Assembly: GCF_009914755.1 (NCBI RefSeq)
Contig: NC_060947.1
DNA length: 64,000 nucleotides
Reading direction: 5' to 3' (one strand)
DNA from: the human T2T-CHM13v2.0 reference genome, Homo sapiens
The notes under the pieces are model-generated. The model ran no database searches and was not told where the DNA came from. It saw nothing but the letters and a program-made list of their open reading frames with translations. The position numbers and the translations under genes are program-made. This document shows positions 1-15,132 of the stretch, piece after piece. How positions within the stretch are numbered: the first letter of the stretch is position 1; each line of letters opens with the position of its first letter.

Positions 1-172
1 TCCAGTGTCTGTTATCTCTATCTTTATATCCATGTGCACCCATTGTTTAGCTCCCACTACAAGTGAGAACACGTGGTATTTGGTTTTCTGTTTCTAAGTT
101 AGTTCACTTAGCATAATGGCCTCCAGCTCCATCCACGTTCCTGCAAAGGACATGATTTCATTCTTTTTATTG
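1..172 (-). mobile_element. L1 (L1PB-like) 3' region fragment
   Basis: tttagctcccact.aagtgagaac..gtggtatttggttttctg matches the reverse strand of the L1 ORF2-end/3'UTR. Confidence 0.75.
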
Positions 173-2224
173 CTGGGTGTGGTTCGAATTTCAATATACA
201 TTTCCTTACAATACGTTTAAATATATAATAGTTAACGAGCTTAGGTGTTTTGGTGAGATGCCAGTTGGGCATACCAAGAATTAGTCAGAGAATAAACTGA
301 TTAGCTGGTTCAGAATTTTTTGTTTAGTGGACATTTTAAAGCAGTGTGGAATAGCATTAAATTAGCCTTTTTCTTATTTTTAGTTTTTGTGAGTGCACAG
401 TAGGTGTATATATTTATGGGTTACATAAGATATTTTGATACAGGCATGCAATATGTGTTAATTATATAATGGGGTATCCATCACCTCAAGCATTTATCCA
501 TTGTGTCACAAACAATCCAATTATATTCTTAGAGTTATTTCTAAATGTACAACTAAATTATTTTTGACTATAGTCACCCTGTTGTGCTAGTAAATACTAG
601 GTCTTATTAATTTTTTCTAACTATTTTTGTACCCATTAACACTCCCCACTTCCCTCCCACTCCTCCACTACTCTCCCTAGCCTCTGGTAACTATCCTTAT
701 ACTCTATAGTCCCATGAGTTCAATTGTTTCAGATTGCAACTCCCACAAATAACTGAGATCATGCAAAGTCTGTCTTTCTGTGCCTGGCTTATTTCACTTA
801 ACACAGTGACCTCCAGTTCCATCTATGTTTTAGTAAATCACAAGACTTTGTTCTTTTTATGACTGAATGGTTCTCCATTGTGTATATGTATCACATTTTC
901 TTTATTCATTCATCTCTTGATGAGCACTTAATTTGCTTCCAAATCTTGGCTGTTGCGAACAGAGCTAAAACACACATGGGAGTGCGGATATCTCTTTGAT
1001 ATATTGGTTTTCCTTGTTTTGGGTATATATCCAGCAGTGGGATTGCTGGATCATATGGTAGCTCAATATTTAGGGTTTTAATGAACTTCCAAACTGTTCT
1101 CCATAGTGATTGTACTAATTTACGTTCCCACCAGCAGTGTAGGTGGATTCCCTTTACTCCACATCCTCGCCAACATTTGTTAGAATCTGACTTTTGGATA
1201 AAAGCCATTTTAACTGGGGTGAGATGATGTCTCATAGTTTTGATTTGCATTTCTCTGATGATCAATGATATTGAACACATTTTCTGTTTGCCATTTGTAT
1301 GCTTTCTTTTGAGAAATGCCTATTCAAACCTTTTGCCCATTTTTTGATTGGATTATTCCATTTTTCTTATAGAGTTGTTTGAGCTTCTTATATATTCTGG
1401 TTATTAATCCCTTAACAGATGGGTATTTTTCAAACATTTTCTCTCATCCTGTGGGTTGTCTCTTCACTTTGTGAATTATTTTCTTTGCTGTGCAGAAGCT
1501 TTTTTACTTAATATGATTCTATTTGTCCATTATGCTTCGGTTGCCTGTGATTGTGGGGTATTAATAAAGAAATTTTGACACAGATCAGCATTCTACAGTT
1601 TTCCTTAAGTTTTTTTGTAGTAATTTTATAGTTTGAGGTCTTAGATTTAAGTCTTTAATCCATTTTGATTTGATATTTATATACGAAAAGAGATTGGTCC
1701 AAGTTTCATTCTTCTGCATATAGATATCCACTTTTTTCAGAACCATTTATTGAAGAGACTCTCTTTTCCCCAGTGTATCTTCTTAACACCTTTCTCAAAA
1801 ATGAGCTCACTGTAGATATGTGGATTTGTTTCTGGGTTCTCTATTCTGTTCCCTTGGACTATGTGTCAGTTTTTATGCCAATACCATGCCATTTTGGTTA
1901 CTATAGCTCTGTAGTATAATTTGAAGTCAGATAATGTGATTCTTCCAGTTTTGTTCATTTTGTTTAGTATAACTTTGGCTATTCTGGGTCTTTTAGAAAT
2001 TTTAGAAATTTTAGAATTGTTTTTTCTTTTTATTTGGAGAATGCCCTTGGTATTTTCATAGGGGTTGCATGGAATCTGTAGTTTGCTTTGGGTGGTATGG
2101 ACATTTAAAAGATATTTATTTCCCCAACCCATGAACATGGAATATCTTTCCATTTTTTTATGTCATCTTCAATTTCTTTCAAAAATGCTTTATCATTTTC
2201 ATTATAGAGACATTTTACATCTTT

Positions 2225-2536
2225 TAATTAATTTATTTATTTATTTTTTTGAGATGGAGTCTTGCTCTGTCACCCAGGCTGGAATGCCGTGGCGTGATCT
2301 TGGTTCACTGCAAGCTCTGCCTCCCAGGTTTACACCATTCTCCTGCCTCAGCCTCCCTCCTGAGTAGCTGGGACTGCAGGCACCCGCCACCATGCCCGGC
2401 TAATTTTTTTGTATTTTTAGTAGAGATGGGGTTTCACCGTGTTAGCCAGGATGGTCTTGATCTCCTGACCTTGTGATCCACCTGCCTCGGCCTCCCAAAG
2501 TGCTGGGATTACAGGTGTGAGCCACCGCGCCCATGC
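2225..2536 (-). mobile_element. AluY-like element inside the L1MA
   Basis: Dimeric Alu with caagctc/cacc.ttctcc/gttagccaggatggtc diagnostics; TSD tagagacattttacatcttt (2205-2224) / tagaaacattttacatcttt (2537-2556). Confidence 0.93.
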
Positions 2537-3642
2537 TAGAAACATTTTACATCTTTAGTTAAGGAAATTCCTAGGTATTTAATTTTATTTGTGGCTATTG
2601 TAAATGATATTACTGTTTTTATTTCTCCTTCAGATTGTTTGCTATTGGCATGTAGAAATGCTACTGATTTGTACTTGTTGATTTTGTAGTCTGCAAGTTT
2701 ACTGAATTTGTTTTTCATTCTAATAGTTTTTTTGAGGAATCTTTAGGTTTCTCCAAATGTAAGATCATATCATCTTCAAACAAGGATAATTTGACTTTTT
2801 CTTTACCAATTTGGATGCTTATTACTTTATTTTCTTGTCTGATTACCCTAGCTAGGATTTACAGTACTTTGTTGAATGACAGTGCTAAAAGTGAGTATCC
2901 TTGTTGTGTTCCATACATCAGAGGAAAGGCTTTCAGTTATTCCCCATTTGGTATGATACTAGCTTCGGGTCTGTCATATGTAGCTGTTATTATGTTATGT
3001 CCCTTCTATACTCAGCTTTTTGAGGGTTTTTATAAGGGATGTTGAATTTTATCAAATGCTTTTTCAGCATCAATTGAAATGGTATTTTTTTAATTCTTTA
3101 TTCTGTTGATATGGTGTATCACATTTGTTGATTTGCATATGTTGAACCATCCTTACATCCCAGGGATAAATCCTCCTTGGTCATGATTAATGCTGTTTTT
3201 AATGTATTCTTGAATTCAGTTTGCTAGCATTTTGTTGAAGATTTTTGCATCAATATTCATGAGATTTATTGGCCTGTAGTTTCCTTTTCTTGATGTGTCT
3301 TTCTCTGGTTTTGATATCAGGGTAGTATTGGCCTTGTAGGATGAGTTTGGAATTATTCCATCCTCCTCAGTTTTTCAGAATAATTTAAATAAGATGGATA
3401 TTAGTTCTTTAAGTGTTTGGTAGAATACAACAGTGAATCCATCAGGTTCTGGGCTTTTCAATACTGGGAGACTTTTTATTATGGCTTCATTCATGTTACT
3501 TGTTATTGGTCTATTTAAGTTTTGGATATCTTCACGGTTTAAAGTTGGTAGGTTATATGTGTCAAGGAATTTGTCCATTCCTTCTAGATTTTCCAATTTA
3601 TTGGCATATAGTTGCTCATAGTGTCTTCTAATGATCTTTTGA

Positions 3643-4070
<428 letters not shown>

Positions 4071-7000
4071 CACATTGCCTTTTTATTTTGTTGATCTTTT
4101 GTTTTATTTTCTTCATTTTGAATGAATTTATTTCTGCTATGATCTTGATTATTTCTCTTTTTCTACTAATTTTAGGCTTGTTTTGCTCTTGCTTTTCTAG
4201 TTTTTTAGTATGCATCGTTAGGTTGTTTATTTTAAGTTTTCCTGTTTTTAAGGCAGGCACTTGCAGCTATGAAATTCTCCGTTACTACTATTTTTGATGT
4301 ATCCCCTAGGTTTGGTATGTTGTTTCCATTATAATTTATTTCAAGAAATTTTTCAATTTCCTTTGTAATTTCTCCATTAATCCACTGGTCATTGAAAACA
4401 TATTGTTTAATTTCTATGTATTTGTATAGTTTCCAAAATTTATCTCATTATTCCTTTCTCATTTTATTCCATTGTGTTCAGGGAAGATGCTTGATATGAT
4501 TCATTTTTTTTTTTTAAAGTTTGAAGGCTTTTTGTGCCCTAACATATAATCTGTTTTTGAGAATGATCCATGTGCTGAGGAAAACAATGTGTATTCTGTA
4601 GCCTTCAGAGTAAATGTTCTGTAACTGTCTATTAGGTCCATTTTGTCTATAGTGCAGATGAAGTCTGATGTTTCTTTGTTGATTTTCTGTCTGGAAGAGC
4701 TGTCAAAGCTTGAAAGTGGGGTGTTGAAGTCTCCAGCTGTTATTATATTGGGTTATATCTCTCTCTTAAGCTCTAATAACATCTGCTTTACATATCTGGG
4801 TGCTCTAGTGTTTGGTGCATATATACTTACAATTTTTTTGCCTCTTGCTGAATTGACCAATTTATCATTATATAGTGACCTTCTTTGTCTTCTGATAGTT
4901 TTTGTCTTGAAATCTATTTTGTCTGATGTAAGTATAGGGACTCTTGCTCATTTTTGGTTTCCATTGGCATGGAATATTTTTTCCACCCCTTTATAATTTT
5001 AGTCTATGTGTACCTTTATAGGTGAAGTGTGTTTTTTTCATCATCAAATCATTGAGTATTGTTTTTTATTATCTATTCAGCCACACTGTATGTATTGATT
5101 GGAGAGTTTAATTAATTTACATTCAATATTATTATTGATAAGTAAGTACTTACTCCTGCCATTTTGTTGCTTGTTTTCTGGTTGTTTTTTGGTCTTCTCT
5201 TTCTTCTTTCTTTCCTTTTGGTCTTCTCTTAGCGAGGGTGATTTTCTCTGATTATATGATTTAGTGTTTTGCTTTATATTTTTTGTGTATCCATTGCATG
5301 TTTTTTGGTTTGAAGTTACCATTAGGCTTGCAAATATTGTCTTATAACCCATTATTTAACTTGATAACAACTTAACACTGGTTGCCTAAACAAACAAACA
5401 AGCCAAAAGAAAGCCCTTAAGAACTCTATGTCTTAACTTCATCCCTCCCCATCTTCTGAACTTTTTATTGTTTCTTTTTATATTGTATAGTACTGTCTAT
5501 GTCTTGTAATGTTTTTGTAGTTATTAGTTTTAATTGGCTCATCATTCAGTCTTGATACATTGAAAGTGGAGTTTACACACCACTTACAATGTTATTATAC
5601 TCTGCATTTTTCTGTATGCTTATTATTACTAATTTGTTTAGTACCATCAGATGATTTTTTTATTGTTCATTAACATCCTCTTCTTTCTGATTGAGTTACT
5701 CCTTTTAGCATTTCTTGTAGAACATGTATGGTGTTAATGAAATCCCTAAGCTTTTGTTTGTCTGATAAACTCTATTACTCCTACATGTTTGATGGACATT
5801 TTTGCTGAATATACTATTCTAGAGCAAAAGGTTTTTTTTTGTTTTTCTTCCTTTTTCCCTTTATTACTTTAAATATGTCATGCCACTCTGTCCTGGCCTA
5901 TAAGGTTTCTGCTGAAAAGTCCACTGCCTGATTTATTGGAGCACAATTGTATGTTATTTGTTTCTTTTCTCTTACTGCTTTTAGGATTCTGTCTATATCC
6001 TTGATCTTTCGAAGTTTGATTTTTAAATTGCTGGGGGTAGTCTTCTTTGGGTTAAATTTGTTTGCTGTTCTATAGCCTTCTTGTACTTGGATATTGATAT
6101 CTGTCTCTAGGTTTGGGAAGTTCTCTGTTATTATCCCTTTGAATAATCTTTATACCCGTATCTCTTTCTCTACCTCCTCTCTAACGTCAGCAACTCTTAG
6201 ATTTGCCCTTTTGAGGTTATTCTCTACGTTTTGTAGACATGCTACTTTTTTTTCATTTTTCTTTTGTCTCTGCTGACTGTTTATATTCAAATAGCCTATC
6301 TTCAAGCTCAGTAATTCTTTCTTTTGCTGAACAATTCTGCTATTAAAGGACTTTGATGTATTTTTTAGTATGCCAACTGTATGTTTCAGCTCCAGAATTC
6401 TACTTGATTCTTTTTAATTATTTTAATATTTGTTAAACTTACCTGATATAATTCTGAATTCCTTCTCCATATTATCTTGAATTTCTTTGAGTTTTCTCAA
6501 AGCATCTATTTTGAATTCTCTGTCTAAATGGTCACCTATCTGTGTTTCTCTGTGATTTGTACTTGGTGATTCATTTAGTTCATTTGGTGAAGTCATGTTT
6601 TTCTGAATAGTGTTGATGCTTGTATATGTTCTTCGGTGACTGGGAGTTGAAGAACTCTTAACATTTATTGTACTATTCTCAGTCTGGGCTTGTTTGTACC
6701 CATACTTCTTGGATTAGCTTTCCTGATACTCAAAAGGACTTCAATGTCATGTTCTAAGCTGTATCTGCTTTAGGAGGCACCCAAGCCCAGCAATGTTATG
6801 GTTCTTGCAGACTCATAGAGGTATTGCCTTGATGGTCTTGGACAAAATCCAGAGGAATTTTCTGGATTATCAGGCAGAGACTCTTGTTCTCTTTCTTTAC
6901 TTTCTCCCAAGCAAATGAAGTCTTGTTCTCTTTTCTGAGATACCTGAAGCTAAGGGTGTAGTGACACAGACACCTCTGTAGTTACCAGTCTTAGGACTGT

Positions 7001-8969
7001 GGTGAGCACAGCACTGGGTCTTACCCAAGGCCTGCTGTAACCACTCCCTAGCTACTGCTTGTGTTTGCTCAAGGTCCTGGGTCTCTACAATCATCAGGTG
7101 GCAAAGCCATCTAGGATTATTCCCTTCTTTTCAGGGTGGTGAGTTCCCCCAGGTCCCAAGTGTGTCCAGGGGTGCTGTTCAACAGCCAGGGACTAAAGTC
7201 AAAAACCTTTATAGTCTACCTGGTGTCCTATTGTATTGCAGCTAAGCTGGCACTAAAACTATGAGACACAGTCCTTCCCACTCTTCCCTCCCCTCTCCGA
7301 AGGCAGAGGAGCCTTACCCTGTGGCCACAACCACCACAGGCTCACAGTGAGTACTGCCAGACCACTGATGTTTTTTTTAGGCCCAAGGGCTCTTCAGTAA
7401 GCTTGTAGTAACTTCTGCATGGACTGGGACTTCCCCTTCAGAACTGTGGGTGCCCTTTTGTCCCAGAGCAGGTTGAGAAATGCCATCCAAAAGTCAAGTT
7501 CTGGAATCGGGGACTCCAGGAGCCCACTTGGTGCTCTATCCACTGTGGTCATGCTACTGTCTAAGGTGCAAGACAGAGGTCTCTTTACTGTTTCCTCTGC
7601 TTTTCTTAGGTGAAAGTAGTCTTACCCCATAGCCACCACACCTGGGGATGTGCTGAGTCTCACCTGAATCCAGCAAGTCTCAGAGTCTCATCCAAGTTCC
7701 TCAACATTGTACCTGGGTATCACTGCTGGTTATTCAGGGCCCAAGGCCTCTTTGGTTAGTGGTTGATGAATCCTGCTAAGTCTAGGACCTTCCTTTCATG
7801 GCAGTGGGTTCCCTTCTGGCTCTGGATGTGTCTAGAAGTAGTGTCCAGGAGCTGAGTTCTAGAAAGAGGACCTCACAACTCTGAAAAGTTCCTTATCCTG
7901 CTGTGCCTGAACTGGTATTGAAGATGCAAGACAGGGTTCTCCCAACTCTTCCCTCTCTTCTCAGGTGGAGGGAAAGAATCTCCTTTGGAGCCACAAAAGC
8001 TATGCAGCATGGGGTTAGGGAAGAGGTGATGCCTACAGTGGTGTCTCGATAGGTTGCAGCCCCCAAGTCTTCTGGCTCTGAGTACGGTTCAGCACTAGGA
8101 CTTGCCTGGGAGTTCCCGTCCTTGTGGCCTATATTGCCTTTCAAGTTCACCTAGGGTCCAAGAGGACTTTAGTCTGTGATGGTGAGCCTTGTGCAAGCTC
8201 AAGTTTTGACCACTGTGATTGGTGATTCCCTTCTGGCTATGCTTGGTTTATATGTTCCCTCTGTGTCTGGTCATCAGCTGAGTTCAGTCCAGTTTTGTTT
8301 TCTATTATAACAGGGCAGCACTGAGTTCAGTGCTTCACAATTGCTGCAATATCCCTCTCCCCAGTGCACAGAAATGCTCTCTGCCCCACACTGCAACTGC
8401 CAAGGCTTAGGGGAGGGATGGTGTCCACAATTTAAGATTGTTTTTCCTACCTCTTTATTGCCTCTTTTAGTGATATGAATTTAAAGCCAGGTTCTGTGAG
8501 TGTTCACCTCATTTTTGCTTCTTATGAAGATGTTTCTTTTGTGTAGATAGTTGTTAAATTTGTGTCTTTGCTGGGGGATGATCAGTAGAGCCATTTATTC
8601 TGCTATCTTGTTCCACCCTCGATTCATAAAAAATATATATTTTAAAATTTTAGGAATATTCACAATTGAATTGAACACAATAGGGAACTCAGAACAATGA
8701 ATGTATATAATAGAATTTAGTATAATGAGAGTGACATTTCAAAATCCATAATAAATATTACTTCAGTCAGTAAATAGAGCTAGATCAATTGGCTGATACT
8801 TTGGAATACAGGTAAAATTATCTCTGTATTACATACCATATACCGAAAATGAATAAATAAATGCCAAGATTGTAAATAACTTGAAGGAAAAATAAGTGAA
8901 TCATTATCTGATTTTTGTATGATAATTTATTTAAAATAATCCTCACAAGGACAGAAGCCACTAAAACTA

Positions 8970-9095
8970 TTATTTGGTTAACAAATATCTATTAATCACC
9001 AATTTATATGTTTAGCACTGTTCTAGGGATTAGAGATGTAGTAGTGAACAACAGAGCCCAAATCCCTTCTATCATGTCAGATAAATTCTAGTAAA
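8970..9095 (-). mobile_element. L2 3' fragment
   Basis: aacaaatat.tatt..cacc...tatg...agcactgttctagg..tagagat.tagtagtgaacaa pattern. Confidence 0.6.
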
Positions 9096-9804
9096 AAGAA
9101 GCAAGTCAGCTGCATCGGCCCTGGAAATTAGTCTAGTCTCTTGAGTAGCAGGTGGAAATGTTTATCACTCACAATACATTCACAAGCTGATTAAATAAAA
9201 TTTTTATTATATTTATAATTGGAATTCTTGGTTGATTATTGAACTACAAAAAATCAAAAGAATTATAAATATTACATAAATATACATATACACATCCACA
9301 TATAATTTAGCATTTTTTAATATAGAAAAATACATAAGTAAATATATGTTTATTCGCCAACTGTTTTATCAATGTTTCCATGCCTGACTCCAGTGATTTA
9401 CAATTTAGCTGTCTTCTGTCCTTAATCCCATTATCAGGACAAACTGTCACCCTTTGTAATGGTCAGAGAAACAACAGTGTTTGTGATATCATTGTAAATA
9501 GAAAGTTAAGAACTATGAGAGACAAGCAACTATCATATTCCATAATGTTCAGAGTTATTGTGTAGATAATTCATTTTTGAAGAAATCTTACCTTTTAATG
9601 TATTGTCTAAATAGTACTCTCATTTCCTCTCACCTTCCTCCCTCAGTGTCATCATTTTTGCTACATTTACTATGCCTGCGTTATAAATATGTGTAACACT
9701 TATATTCTGTTACTACGATTCAACCATGTGTAATGTTACCTGGAACTTCCATTTTTACTGCATTTCACTATTAGATGGATAAATACCATAATAATTTTCT
9801 TTTT

Positions 9805-11920
9805 CTTTTTTTTTGCTTTTGTTTTATTTTTCCCTTCAAAATTATTATTATTATTATTATTTTATTATACTTTAAGTACTGGGGTACATGTGCAGAACGT
9901 GCAGTTTTGTTACATAGGTATACACGTGCCATGGTGGTTTGCTGCACCCATCTACCCATCACCCAATACCTAACATTAGGTATTTCTCCTATATGTTATC
10001 CCTCCCCTAGGCTCCCACCCCCTGACAGGCCCCGGTGTGTGATGTTTCCCTCCCTATGTCAACGTGTTCTCACTGTTCAAGTCCCACTTATGTGTGAGAA
10101 CATGCAGTGTTTGGTTTTCTGTTCACGTGATAGTTTGCTGAGAATGATGGTTTCCAGTTCCATCCATGTCCCTGCAAAGGACATGAACTCATCCTTTTTA
10201 TGGCTGCATAGTATTCCACATATGTATATGTGCCACATTTTCTTTATCCAGTCTATTATTGATGGACATTTGGGTTGGTTCCAAGTCTTTGCTATTGTGA
10301 ATAGTGCTGCAATAAACATACATGTGCATGTGTCTTTATAGTAGAATGATTTATAATCCTTTGGGTATATACCCAGTAATGGGAATGCTGGGTCAAATGG
10401 TATTTCTAGTTCTAGATCCTTGAGGAATCACCACACTGTCTTCCACAATGGTTGAACTAATTTACACTCCCACCAACAGTGTGTAAGTGTTCTTATTTCT
10501 CCACATCCTCTCCAGCATCTGTTTTTTCCTGACTTTTTAATGATCGCCATTCTAACTGGCATGAGATGGTATCTCATTGTGGTTTTGACTTGCATTTCTC
10601 TAATGACCAGTGATGATGAGCATTTTTTCATATGACTGTTGGCTGCATAAATGTCTTCTTTTGAGAAATGTCTGTTCATATCCTTTGCCCACTTTCTGAT
10701 GGGGTTGTTTTTTTCTTGTAAATTTGTTTAAGTTCTTTGTAGATTCTGGATTTTAGACCTTTGTCAGATGGATAGATTGCAAATATTTTCTCACATTCTG
10801 TTGGTTGCCTGTTCACTCTGATGATAGTTTCTTTTGCTGTGCAGAAGTTTTTTAGTTTAATTAGATCCCATTTGTCAATTTTGGTTTTTGTTGCTATTGC
10901 TTTTGGTGTTTTAGACATGAAGTCTTTGCCCATGCCTATGTCCTGAATGGTATTGCCCAGGTTTTCTTTGAGGGTTTTTATGGTTTTAGGTTTTAGGTTT
11001 AAGTCTTTAATCCAACTTCAGTTAATTTTTGTATAAGGTATAAGGAAGGGGTCCAGTTTCAGTTTTCTGCATATGGCTAGCCAGTTTTCCCAACAACATT
11101 TATTAAATAGGGAATCTTTTCCCCATTGCTTGTTTGTGTCAGGTTTGTTGAAGATCAGATGGTTGTAGATGTGTGGTATTGTTTCTGAAGCCTCTGTTCT
11201 GTTCCATGGGTCTATATATCTGTTTTGGTACCAGTACCATGCTGTTTTGGTTACTGCAGCCTTGTAGTATAGTTTGAAGTCAGGTAACGTGATGCCTCTA
11301 GCTTTGTTCTTCTTGCCCAGGATTGCCTTGGCTATGCGGTCTCTTTTTTGGTTCCATATGAAGTTTAAAGTAGTTGTTTCCAATTCTGTGAAGAAAGTCA
11401 GTGGTAGCTTGATGGGGTGGCATCGAATCTGTAAATTACTTTGGGCAGTATGGCCGTTTTCATGATACTGATTCTTCCTATCCATAAGCATGGAATGTTT
11501 TTCCATTTGTTTGTGTCCTCTCTTATTTCATTGAGCAGTGGTTTGTAGTTCTCCTTGAAGAGGTCCTTCACATCCCTTGTAAGTTGGATTCCTAGGTATT
11601 TTATTCTCTTAGTAGCAATTGTGAATGGCAGTTCACTCATGATTTGGTTCTTTGTTTGTCTATTATTGGTGTATAGGAATGCTTGTGATTTTTGCACAGT
11701 GATTTTGTATCCTGAGACTTTGCTGAATTTGCTTATCAGCTTAAGGATATTTTGGGCCGAGACGATGGGGTTTTCTAAATGTAGAATCACGTCATCTGCA
11801 AACAGAGACAATTTGCCTTCCTCTCTTCCTATTTGAGTACCCTTTATTTCTTTCTCTTGCCTGATTTCCCTGGCCAGAACTTCCAATACTATGTTGAATA
11901 GGAGTGGTGAGAGAGGGCAT
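9805..11920 (-). mobile_element. 5'-truncated L1PA (L1PA7-like), about 2.1 kb
   Basis: 3'UTR plus ORF2 C-terminal fragments (10077-11943 in the ORF track, LFADD RT motif); TSD cataataattttcttttt (9787-9804) / cataataattttattttt (11918-11935). Confidence 0.92.
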
Positions 11921-12479
11921 AATAATTTTATTTTTCTGATCACTTCAAGAATCTCTATTCTCTTAGTTCTCTTTGTAACTATCTTAGTGTGATTTATATG
12001 TGAATAGTATCTTACTAAGTATAAAATTTGGGGGTTATTATTTTTCTCTGAACACTGTGCACAGTGCCCTCACTATGTTATGCCTATAAAGTAGCTGTGA
12101 AAAACTGAGATCAGCCTGATAACTCCTACACTGTAAGTGAATTGCTTTGCGTTGTTCTGCACTTTTTTATATTCTCAAAATGAGTGAGGTTTTGAAGGAT
12201 TTAAAACCTATTCTACAATATACATTTCTTTGTAAATTTGGCATATAAGATATTTTTGGTGCTCATTTAAATTCTACAATATTGCTTGAAACTCAGATAT
12301 GAAGATGCTTTTTAGAATATTCTATTAACATAAATGCTCTTGTATTATACCTGATATTTTTGTATAATCTTAAACAGAGCATATTTAACATTTAATTATT
12401 AACTATGGTATTTACTATATGATTATTTTGCAGATTATTTTCATTACATCCTGAAAGTTATCTACTCTCCTTAGTTTTT

Positions 12480-13150
12480 CTAGGAATTTTATGATGAATA
12501 ATATTGAATATATATATATTAATTTGTCAAATTAAATTTATTTAAAAATGTGAATTAACCTTGCATCCTGGCACAAACTCAAATTTTCCATGATAGTTAA
12601 ATTATTTTTATTTAACTTACCAGAAAGAATATTTACTGTTATTTTAGTTGATTGCTTTAACTTACTTGAATGATAATTAATCTGTAATTTTTTTCTACCA
12701 TTTTATTTTTTTTAATACATTTAATGCAAACCTTAAACAATTGCCTGGAGAACATTCTTTTTTTGGAGACATTGAAAGAGTTTCTGTGTTAGTGATATTT
12801 CTTGTTTTTTGAATTTTATGGTATTCACTGATAAGACCATCTAGATTTTTTTCTTTGTAGGATGATTTTAAACAACAAGTTAATTGTTTAATCGTTATAG
12901 GATTATTCTTATTTTCTGTTTTTCCTTGAATGAGATTTTGTAACATATTTTTGTGAAATTAATGAGCTTTATCTAAATTTTTATAATACTAGCACAAAAT
13001 TATTCATAAATTATTGCATCTATTCTATTATATGCAACTTCTGTAATTGTTTTCTTTTTATTTTCAATTTTTTTCTTATAGCATCTTCTGTTTTAATTCA
13101 GTCTTTCTCCATAGCAATTTTTATCTTGATACTGAAAATATTTTACTTAA
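12480..13150 (-). mobile_element. Very old L1M ORF2 fragment
   Basis: Degenerate L1 ORF2 motifs (aaccttgcatcctgg, gtattcac.gataagaccatct); ORF 12695-12946 resembles the NRPIT/PDGF region. Confidence 0.55.
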
Positions 13151-13849
13151 TTTCCAGTTTATTGTTCACTTATGTAGAAGTTATATCAAGTATTATATAC
13201 ATTACTTTATATCACATTTCATGTGACTCATAACTATTATATGTGACTGATCTTATAATGATTTAGAGTTCACATATCTTCATAACTCAACTACCTTTAC
13301 AAGCAAGATTATCTATGTCTGCATTAAAGAATATACCTCATTGCATTTCAGAAGTGTTTCAAAACAAAATTCGAAAATGCCCTATTATATTTTATGAAGA
13401 TAGACATGGAAATCTGAAATTACTAGCAAATGGAATCCAGCAATATAGAAAAAGAATAAAATATAATCAGGAGATGAAATCTATCTTAGGAGTACAAAGT
13501 TGTTTTAACATAAATGCCAGTCCATGTAGTACATCATATTAATGAAATAAAAATGAGGAAAAAGGAATATTTCAATGGACACAGTAACAGCAAAATTATG
13601 TATCTAGCAAGAGACTTGTATGAAGAATATATAAAAAACACTTACAAGTCAGTGATAAAAAGACAACCCAATTTAAAAATGTGCAAAATATTTGAATAGA
13701 CATTTCTAAAAGGAAAATAAGTAAATGACCCACAAGCACATTAAAAGATGTTCAGCATAATTAGTAATTTGGGAAATGCACAGCAAAATCACAGTAAGTT
13801 AGCATTTGGCACCAACTTCTGTAACTAAAATTTTTAAAAAGTCAAATGT

Positions 13850-14995
13850 AAAAGCTTCTGCACAGTAATGGATACAATCAACAAAGTAAAGAGACAACCC
13901 ACAGAAATGGGAGAAAACATTTGCAAAATATTCATCTGATAAGGGATTAATGACCAGAATATATAAGGAGCTCAAACAACTCCATAGGAACAAAAAATTT
14001 AATAATCTGATAAAAAATGGGCAAAAAATTTGAATAGATATTTCTCAAAAGAAGACATACAAATGGTAAATAGGCACATGAAAAGGTGCTCAACATCATT
14101 GATCATCAGAGAAATGCAAATCAAAACTACAGTGAGATATCATTTAACCACAGTTAGAATGGCTTATATCCAAAAGACAGGCAATAAAAAATGCTGGTGA
14201 GGATGTGGAGAAAAGAGAGTCCTTGTACACTGTTGGGGGGAATGTAAATTAGTACAATCACTATAGAGAACAGTTTGGAGGTTCCTCAAAAAACTAAAAA
14301 TTGAGCTGCAGTTTAATCCAGGAATCCCACTGCTGGGTATATATTCAAAAGACAGGAAACCAGTATATTGAACAGATATTTGCACTTAACAGTTTGTTGC
14401 AGCACTGTTCACCATAGCCAAGATTTGGAAGCAACCTAAGTGTCCATCAGCAGTTGAATAGATAAAAAAAATGTGGTACATACACACAATGGGGTACTAT
14501 TCAGCCATAAAAAAGAACGATATCCTGTCATTTACAACAAGATGAATGGAACTGGAAATCATTATGTTAAGTGAAATAAGCCATGCACAGATAAACAAAC
14601 ATTGTGTGTTCTCATTTATTTGTGGAATCTAAATATCAGAACAACTAAAGTCATGGACAGAGAGTAGAAGAATGGTTACCATGGACTGGGAAGGGTAGTG
14701 AGAGGCTGGGGGAGGTGGGGATAGTTAATGGGTACAAAAAAGAATAGTTAGAAAGAATGAGACCTACTATTTGATAGCACAGCAGGGTGATTATAGTCAA
14801 TAACAACTGTACTTGTTAAAATGGTGTTATCAGATTGTTTGCAACTCAATGGATAAATGCTTGAGGAGATGGATGCCCTATTCTTCAAGATGTGCTTATT
14901 TCACATTGAATGCCTGTATCAAAACATCTCATGTACCCCATAAATATATGCATCTACTATGTAGCCACAGAAATTAAATTTTTTGAATTTAAAAA
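13850..14995 (+). mobile_element. 5'-truncated L1MA (L1MA1-3-like) nested in the older L1
   Basis: ORF2 C-terminus and 3'UTR ending catgtaccccataaatatat..atctactatgta.ccacagaaattaaa. Confidence 0.85.
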
Positions 14996-15132
14996 ATAAA
15001 GACTATAACAAGTGTTGGCAAGGATTCATAGAAATCGGAAACCTCATGTGTTGCTAGAGGGATTGTAAAATGGTGCAACCACTTTGCAAAACTGTTTGGT
15101 AGTTTCTCAAAATGTTAAAATTAGATTAACTA

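Noticed and set aside
1991-2018. ttttagaaa triplication; also the tttaacagaaatttaaa duplication at 40965-41000
   Set aside because: Ordinary slippage events inside old repeats.
9775-10341. 188-aa + strand ORF
   Set aside because: It is the antisense reading of an L1 tail, 3'UTR and ORF2 end; low complexity.
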